Shown here: positions 59,567-64,000 of the stretch, piece by piece
Layout: each line of letters begins with the position of its first letter
How positions within the stretch are numbered: the stretch's first letter is position 1
From: Planctomycetota bacterium
GTDB taxonomy: Bacteria > Planctomycetota > JAJSAM01 > JAJVHW01
DNA length: 64,000 nucleotides
Direction: 5' to 3'
NCBI GenBank assembly: GCA_965248445.1
Contig: CBDFJG010000004.1
Span: 1,056,001-1,120,000, forward strand
Program-made: the position numbers and the translations under genes
Notes under the pieces: generated by a model
Seen by the model: only the letters and a program-made list of their open reading frames with translations
The model's database searches: none
Told to the model about the DNA's origin: nothing

Positions 59567-60520
59567 TCAGTCCGAGCTCCACGTGTCGTCGGCCATGCAG
59601 GCAGTGACATCGGCGACATCGCGCTCGATCTGCGCGCGCAGTGCCTCGGGCGTGTCGAACTTTCGCTCGTCGCGAAGCTTGCCGAAGAGCGGGACCTCGA
59701 GTTGGAGTCCGTAGAGGTCGCCGTCGTAGTCGAGGACGTGGACCTCCACGGTGTCGGCGTCCTCGCCCTCGGGGAAGAACGTAGGCCGTCCACCGACGTT
59801 GATGGCCGCCGCGTACCGCACACCATCGATCGTCGTATGACCGGCGTAGACGCCGCGCCCGGGGCGCAACTCGCGCTGCATGTCGAGGTTCGCGGTCGGG
59901 TACCCGAGTGTGCGGCCGCGGCCGTCGCCCTTCACCACGACGCCGAACAGTGCGGGAGGGCGGCCGAGCAGGCGGGCGGCGGCAGCGAGATCCCCGCTCG
60001 CGACGGCGGCGCGAATCGAGGACGACGAGACGACGGTGCCGTCGTCGAGCGTCACCGCCTCGGTGCGCAGCACCGGGACGCCGCGCGGACCGAGGATCCG
60101 TTCGAGCAGCGCGTGGTCCCCCTCGCGGTCGTGGCCGAAGTGGGTGTCGTGGCCGACGACCACACCCCGTGCGCCGATCCGGCCGAGCAACACCTCCTCG
60201 ACGAAGCGCTGCGCCGTGGTCTCGCGCAGCGACGAGTCGAAGCGGAGCACGACCGTCGTGTCGACCCCCTCGCGGGCCAGCAGCGCCAGACGGTGCGGGA
60301 GCGACGTGATCAGGGGCGGAGCGCGGCCGACGGTGAGCTTGTGCGGGTGCACGTCGAACGTGAGGACTACGACCTCGCCGCCCTCCCGGGCGGCCATCTC
60401 CCGGGTGCGCGCCAGAACGGCACGGTGTCCGCGGTGCACGCCGTCGAAGACCCCCAGCGTGACCACCGGGCGGCGGAAGCGCTCGGGGGAGAGATCAGCG
60501 GTGCCGTGCAGGACGCGCAT
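59567..60520 (-). CDS. ribF: Bifunctional riboflavin kinase/FAD synthetase
   Basis: GVFDGVHRGH, VSSSSIR, GRTLGYPTAN, EVHVLD, LRDERKF. Confidence 0.95.
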   Translation of the reverse strand: MRVLHGTADLSPERFRRPVVTLGVFDGVHRGHRAVLARTREMAAREGGEVVVLTFDVHPHKLTVGRAPPLITSLPHRLALLAREGVDTTVVLRFDSSLRETTAQRFVEEVLLGRIGARGVVVGHDTHFGHDREGDHALLERILGPRGVPVLRTEAVTLDDGTVVSSSSIRAAVASGDLAAAARLLGRPPALFGVVVKGDGRGRTLGYPTANLDMQRELRPGRGVYAGHTTIDGVRYAAAINVGGRPTFFPEGEDADTVEVHVLDYDGDLYGLQLEVPLFGKLRDERKFDTPEALRAQIERDVADVTACMADDTWSSD

Positions 60521-60613
60521 GGAGCGAAGGAGCATACGAAGATCCGAACTCGATCCGTAACCGTGACGGCGGTTCGCACGTCCTCACGCTTCGGGATCCA
60601 ACGCCCGACGCGG

Positions 60614-60642
60614 CTCCCCCCTTGGGAGGGTGGGGGTTAGGG
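60614..60642 (-). repeat. REP-like palindromic element
   Basis: Minus strand CCCTAACCCCCACCCTCCCAAGGGGGGAG resembles CCCTCACCCC..CCCTCTCCC..GGGAGAG-type repeats. Confidence 0.4.
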
Positions 60643-60684
60643 ATGGTGCACGCGCTGCGGCAACCAAGTGGGTTGGAGGCGTGC

Positions 60685-61218
60685 CTAGGCCTGCGGAGCC
60701 GCGCGCTCTTCGAGCCTGCGCAGGGCGCGGCGGTTCGCGAGCTTGTCGGCGGGCGACATCTTGGACAGGAACGTCACCCCGTCCAGGTGGTCGATCTCGT
60801 GCAGGCAGCAGCGGCCGAGGAGGTCGTCGTCCTCGAGCTCGTAGAGCTCGCCGTCCAGGCCCGTGAAGCTGATTTTCACGCCCTCGGCGCGGGTGATCGT
60901 CGCCGCGACGCCGGGGAACGAGAGGCAGCCCTCTTCCATCGCCTCCGAGCCCCAGGTCTCCTCGACCACGGGGTTGATCAGGACCAGCGAGTCCTCGGCC
61001 AAGCCGTTGTCGCTGACGATCGCGACCCGCGCGTCCCAGCCGACCTGCGCCGCCGCGAGCCCGATCCCGTGCGCCGCCACCATCGTGGCGATCATCCGCT
61101 CGGCCATCTCGCGGACCTCGTCGGTGACCTCGGTGACGAGGTTCATCCGGCGCCTCAGGAAGGCGTCGGGGTACTTCACGATCGGAAGCAGTTCTGGCTC
61201 GGTGGTTGTGTCGGTCAT
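60685..61218 (-). CDS. def: Peptide deformylase
   Basis: GIGLAAAQVG, EGCLS, HEIDHLDG. Confidence 0.96.
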   Translation of the reverse strand: MTDTTTEPELLPIVKYPDAFLRRRMNLVTEVTDEVREMAERMIATMVAAHGIGLAAAQVGWDARVAIVSDNGLAEDSLVLINPVVEETWGSEAMEEGCLSFPGVAATITRAEGVKISFTGLDGELYELEDDDLLGRCCLHEIDHLDGVTFLSKMSPADKLANRRALRRLEERAAPQA

Positions 61219-61422
61219 GGCTGGTTCCAGGGCCCTCTCCGCGAGCGGACGGGCCCCGTCAGACTCCAGAGTACGAAGACGCCCACGATACGAAGACGGA
61301 TTGAGCGGCCGGGACATTCCGCCCGGGAGCCTCCCGACGGGCCGCGGTACTATCGGGGGTTCACCCCTGAGCTATCGGACATCGGGGGCCGAGAACCGAG
61401 TGCGAGAGGAATTGGAGAGCCC

Positions 61423-62751
61423 ATGGCGATCGACGTCAGTAAGCAGATCGTGAAGGCGGACACGGCCTTCAAGAGCCGCAAGTACGACCTGGCCATCGAG
61501 ATCTACCTGCAGGCCCTGCAGATCGACCCCGACAACCGCAACGGACGGCGCGGCGTCCGGCTGGCGGCCCTCAAGAAGCACGAGCACTCGTATCCGAGCG
61601 CGTTCTCGATCAAGCTCGGGACAGCCGGCGCGCGGGTGGGCATGGCGAACCCGAGCATCGAACGGCGCCTGCCGTCGTACGAGAACTACCTGCGTGTCGA
61701 CCCGAAGCACACGGGCATCGCCTACAAGCTGGCGGAGGCTCTCGAGAAGGCGGGCTACGCGAACGGCGCCATCGGCGTGTACGAGGCCATGATCACGCAC
61801 GCGCCGAAGGAGGAGGCCGCGTACGTGAACCTCGGCCGCCTGCTGGGCGGCAACGACGTCGAGAGAGCGATCGAGCACCTCGAGCGAGCGCTGCAGGTGA
61901 ACCCGAAGAACCAGCAGGCCATTAAGCTGCGCAAGGACCTGGCGGCAGAACTCTCGATCAAGAAGACGGGTTTCGAGACGGCGCGCACCACGCACGACCT
62001 GCTCCGCAACAAGGACCAGGCGCAGCAACTGAACGAGGCGGATCGCCTGCAGCGCGTCGGCACGGAGGGCACCGACTACATCGGTCGGATCAAGGGGCAA
62101 CTCGCCGAGAAGCCGGGCGACAAGGTCCTGCTGCGCAAGCTGGCGACGGCGCACGCGCAGGCGCAGGACTTCGAAGCGGCCGAGGAGACGTGGGGCCAGC
62201 TCATCGAGTCCGACCCGACCGACTTCGACGCGCGCGTCAAGCTCGGCGACCTTCGCATCAGCAGGGCCCACCGCGCGCATCTGGCGGCGAAGCAGTCAGG
62301 CGACGAGGCCAAGACCAAGGAGATGGCCACGACGCTGCGGACGATCCGGATCGCCGAGTACCGCACCCGCGTTGCCGAGCACCCGACCGACCTGGGCCTC
62401 CGCTTCGAGCTGGGCAAGGCCCTGCTCACGGGCGGTGACATCGACGACGCAATCGGGGAGTTCCAGAAGTCGGTCAAGGACCCCCGCAAGCGCTTCGACA
62501 GCCTCAGCCTCCTGGGCGAGTGCTTCCTGCGGAAGAAGCTCTGGGATCTGGCCGCACGGCAGCTCGAGCGGGCCCTCGCCGAGAGCCCTGGTTTGAACTC
62601 GGACCAGGGGAAGAGGGTCGTCTATAACCTCGGGATTCTCCGCGAGAAGCAGGGTCAGAACGACCAGGCACGGGAGCATTTCCTCCAGATCTACGAGGTG
62701 GACGTCTCGTACCGGGACGTGGCCGACAAGGTCACGGCGCTCTCCGGCTGA
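61423..62751 (+). CDS. Tetratricopeptide repeat protein
   Basis: Multiple TPRs; IYEVDVSYRDV C-terminus; GGAG RBS. Confidence 0.85.
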   Translation: MAIDVSKQIVKADTAFKSRKYDLAIEIYLQALQIDPDNRNGRRGVRLAALKKHEHSYPSAFSIKLGTAGARVGMANPSIERRLPSYENYLRVDPKHTGIAYKLAEALEKAGYANGAIGVYEAMITHAPKEEAAYVNLGRLLGGNDVERAIEHLERALQVNPKNQQAIKLRKDLAAELSIKKTGFETARTTHDLLRNKDQAQQLNEADRLQRVGTEGTDYIGRIKGQLAEKPGDKVLLRKLATAHAQAQDFEAAEETWGQLIESDPTDFDARVKLGDLRISRAHRAHLAAKQSGDEAKTKEMATTLRTIRIAEYRTRVAEHPTDLGLRFELGKALLTGGDIDDAIGEFQKSVKDPRKRFDSLSLLGECFLRKKLWDLAARQLERALAESPGLNSDQGKRVVYNLGILREKQGQNDQAREHFLQIYEVDVSYRDVADKVTALSG

Positions 62752-62787
62752 CGGCCGCCGAAAGACAGCTACACAGGACAACCCCAC

Positions 62788-63069
62788 ATGGCCCACACAC
62801 GTCACCGCAAGAAGACGCTCCGCAAGGCCGAGGCAGCACGCCTCAAGAACCGCGCCGAGCGCTCCGACATGCGTACCGCCGTCAAGAAGTCGCTCGGTTC
62901 CGCGGGGGCAAGCGAGGGGAACGAGGGGGGCGCTGACGACGCCGAAGCATCGTTGCGGGCAGCCACCAAGCGCCTCGACAAGGCCGCGAAAAAGGGTCTC
63001 ATCCACAAGAACACCGCCTCGCGGGCCAAGAGCCGGCTCGCCCGCGCGAAGAACGCCGCCGTCAAGTAG
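62788..63069 (+). CDS. rpsT: 30S ribosomal protein S20
   Basis: MRTAVKK...LDKAAKKGLIHKNTASRAKSRL. Confidence 0.96.
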   Translation: MAHTRHRKKTLRKAEAARLKNRAERSDMRTAVKKSLGSAGASEGNEGGADDAEASLRAATKRLDKAAKKGLIHKNTASRAKSRLARAKNAAVK

Positions 63070-63116
63070 CCCCGGTCCTGAGTCTCAGCGTTGATTCATC
63101 GGGCTATCCTCGCGCC

Positions 63117-63851
63117 ATGAGCGACGCACCCGAGTTCACGCGCCAGTCGGGGTCCGCGGTCCGATTCGGCTGGGGCGCGAGCGGACTCGCCGCAGTCGGC
63201 CCGGGCAGCGACGCCATAGTGATCGTGGACGTCCTCTCGTTCGCGACGGCTGTGGACGTCGCACTCGGTCACGGCATCGCCGTCGTGCCCAGCCGATGGA
63301 GGGACGCTCGGGCCGCGGAGATCGCCGCGGAGCACGACGCCATCCTGGCGGGATCCCGCGGCGGTGAGGTCTCGCTCTCCCCGACCGCACTCGCCCGGCT
63401 GAGCGGCGTCGCGCGCATAGTGCTCCCGTCGCCGAACGGCTCGACGCTGGCGGCCGCAGCGAATGCGCTCGGGGCAGACGTGTACGTCGCCTGCCTGCGC
63501 AACGCCCATGAGGTTGCGCGGGCGATCGGCGACGCCGCCCCCACCGCCGTGATCGCTGCGGGCGAGCTCTGGCCCGACGGATCGTTGCGCCCCGCCCTCG
63601 AGGATCTGCTCGGCGCAGGCGCCGTCATCGACGGACTGGGCGGCCGGCGCTCCCCTGAGGCCGCCGCCGCCGCACACGCGTTCGCGGCGCAGCGTGGACG
63701 GGCTGCCGAACTCGTGTGGGACTGCGCCTCCGGGCGGGAGCTGCGGGAGATCGGCTACGACGGCGACGTGCGGATCGCGGGGGAGTTCGCCGCGTCCACG
63801 ATCGTGCCCCGCCTCGCGGACGGCGTGCTCGTCAGCGGTAGCGCGACATGA
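63117..63851 (+). CDS. 2-phosphosulfolactate phosphatase-like protein (ComB family)
   Basis: VIVDVLSF, SLSP, SPNGS, ACLRNA, AAGE, EDLLGAG. Confidence 0.85.
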   Translation: MSDAPEFTRQSGSAVRFGWGASGLAAVGPGSDAIVIVDVLSFATAVDVALGHGIAVVPSRWRDARAAEIAAEHDAILAGSRGGEVSLSPTALARLSGVARIVLPSPNGSTLAAAANALGADVYVACLRNAHEVARAIGDAAPTAVIAAGELWPDGSLRPALEDLLGAGAVIDGLGGRRSPEAAAAAHAFAAQRGRAAELVWDCASGRELREIGYDGDVRIAGEFAASTIVPRLADGVLVSGSAT

Positions 63852-64000
63852 CCCGCTCGAAGCCCGGAAGAGCGTTGCGGATCGTCGCATCCTCCACGCA
63901 ATAGCTGATGCGCATGTGGCCGGGCCGGCCGAACCCACGGCCTGGGACCGTCAGGATGCGCTCTTCCTGCAACTCGCGTACGAACGCGACGTCGTCGGGG

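Noticed and set aside
63067..63106. TAGCCC...GGGCTA inverted repeat after rpsT as a terminator or MITE
   Set aside because: Short, imperfect stem without a U-tract; it overlaps the next gene's putative -10.
1..64000. CRISPR array, cas genes, rRNA, reverse transcriptase/retron
   Set aside because: No regularly spaced repeats or diagnostic motifs were seen by eye.
63956..64000. Possible ORF start at the window edge
   Set aside because: Too short to support a call.

Overview
High-GC bacterial DNA; the gene repertoire suggests Planctomycetota (inference). Positions 1-21 kb and 59.5-64 kb hold ordinary chromosomal genes: apaH, an M60 peptidase, ABC and ABC-F proteins, a BaiN-like flavoprotein, a MutS-like ATPase, a K+ channel, a Rieske protein, ribF, def, a TPR protein, rpsT and comB-like. 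Between them (~21.2-59.3 kb) is a decaying, IS-riddled island anchored at the 3' end of tRNA-Phe(GAA). Its right end has a divergent tyrosine integrase, a convergent xis-ending phage-like operon (with a CX5R phosphatase) and two XRE genes. A long co-oriented cargo follows: CsgG/DUF4810/DUF799 lipoproteins, a DUF4041+GIY-YIG protein, a prenyltransferase-repeat protein, a DUF4236 gene running into an Rhs core with a hidden HExxH tip, and an array of paralogous immunity-like lipoproteins. Three apparently identical single-ORF IS66 copies are present. A split 8-bp target duplication (ATCCCGCC) shows that 32048-38889 was inverted, cutting one lipoprotein gene into halves on opposite strands. The island also has one intact and one truncated IS1380, an IS1595 fused to a remnant of another IS66, and a second integrase-xis module. 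Two MITE-like elements and a 25-nt poly-G frameshift lie in the core region. No CRISPR array or rRNA was seen. All family names come from recognising motifs by eye, not from database searches.
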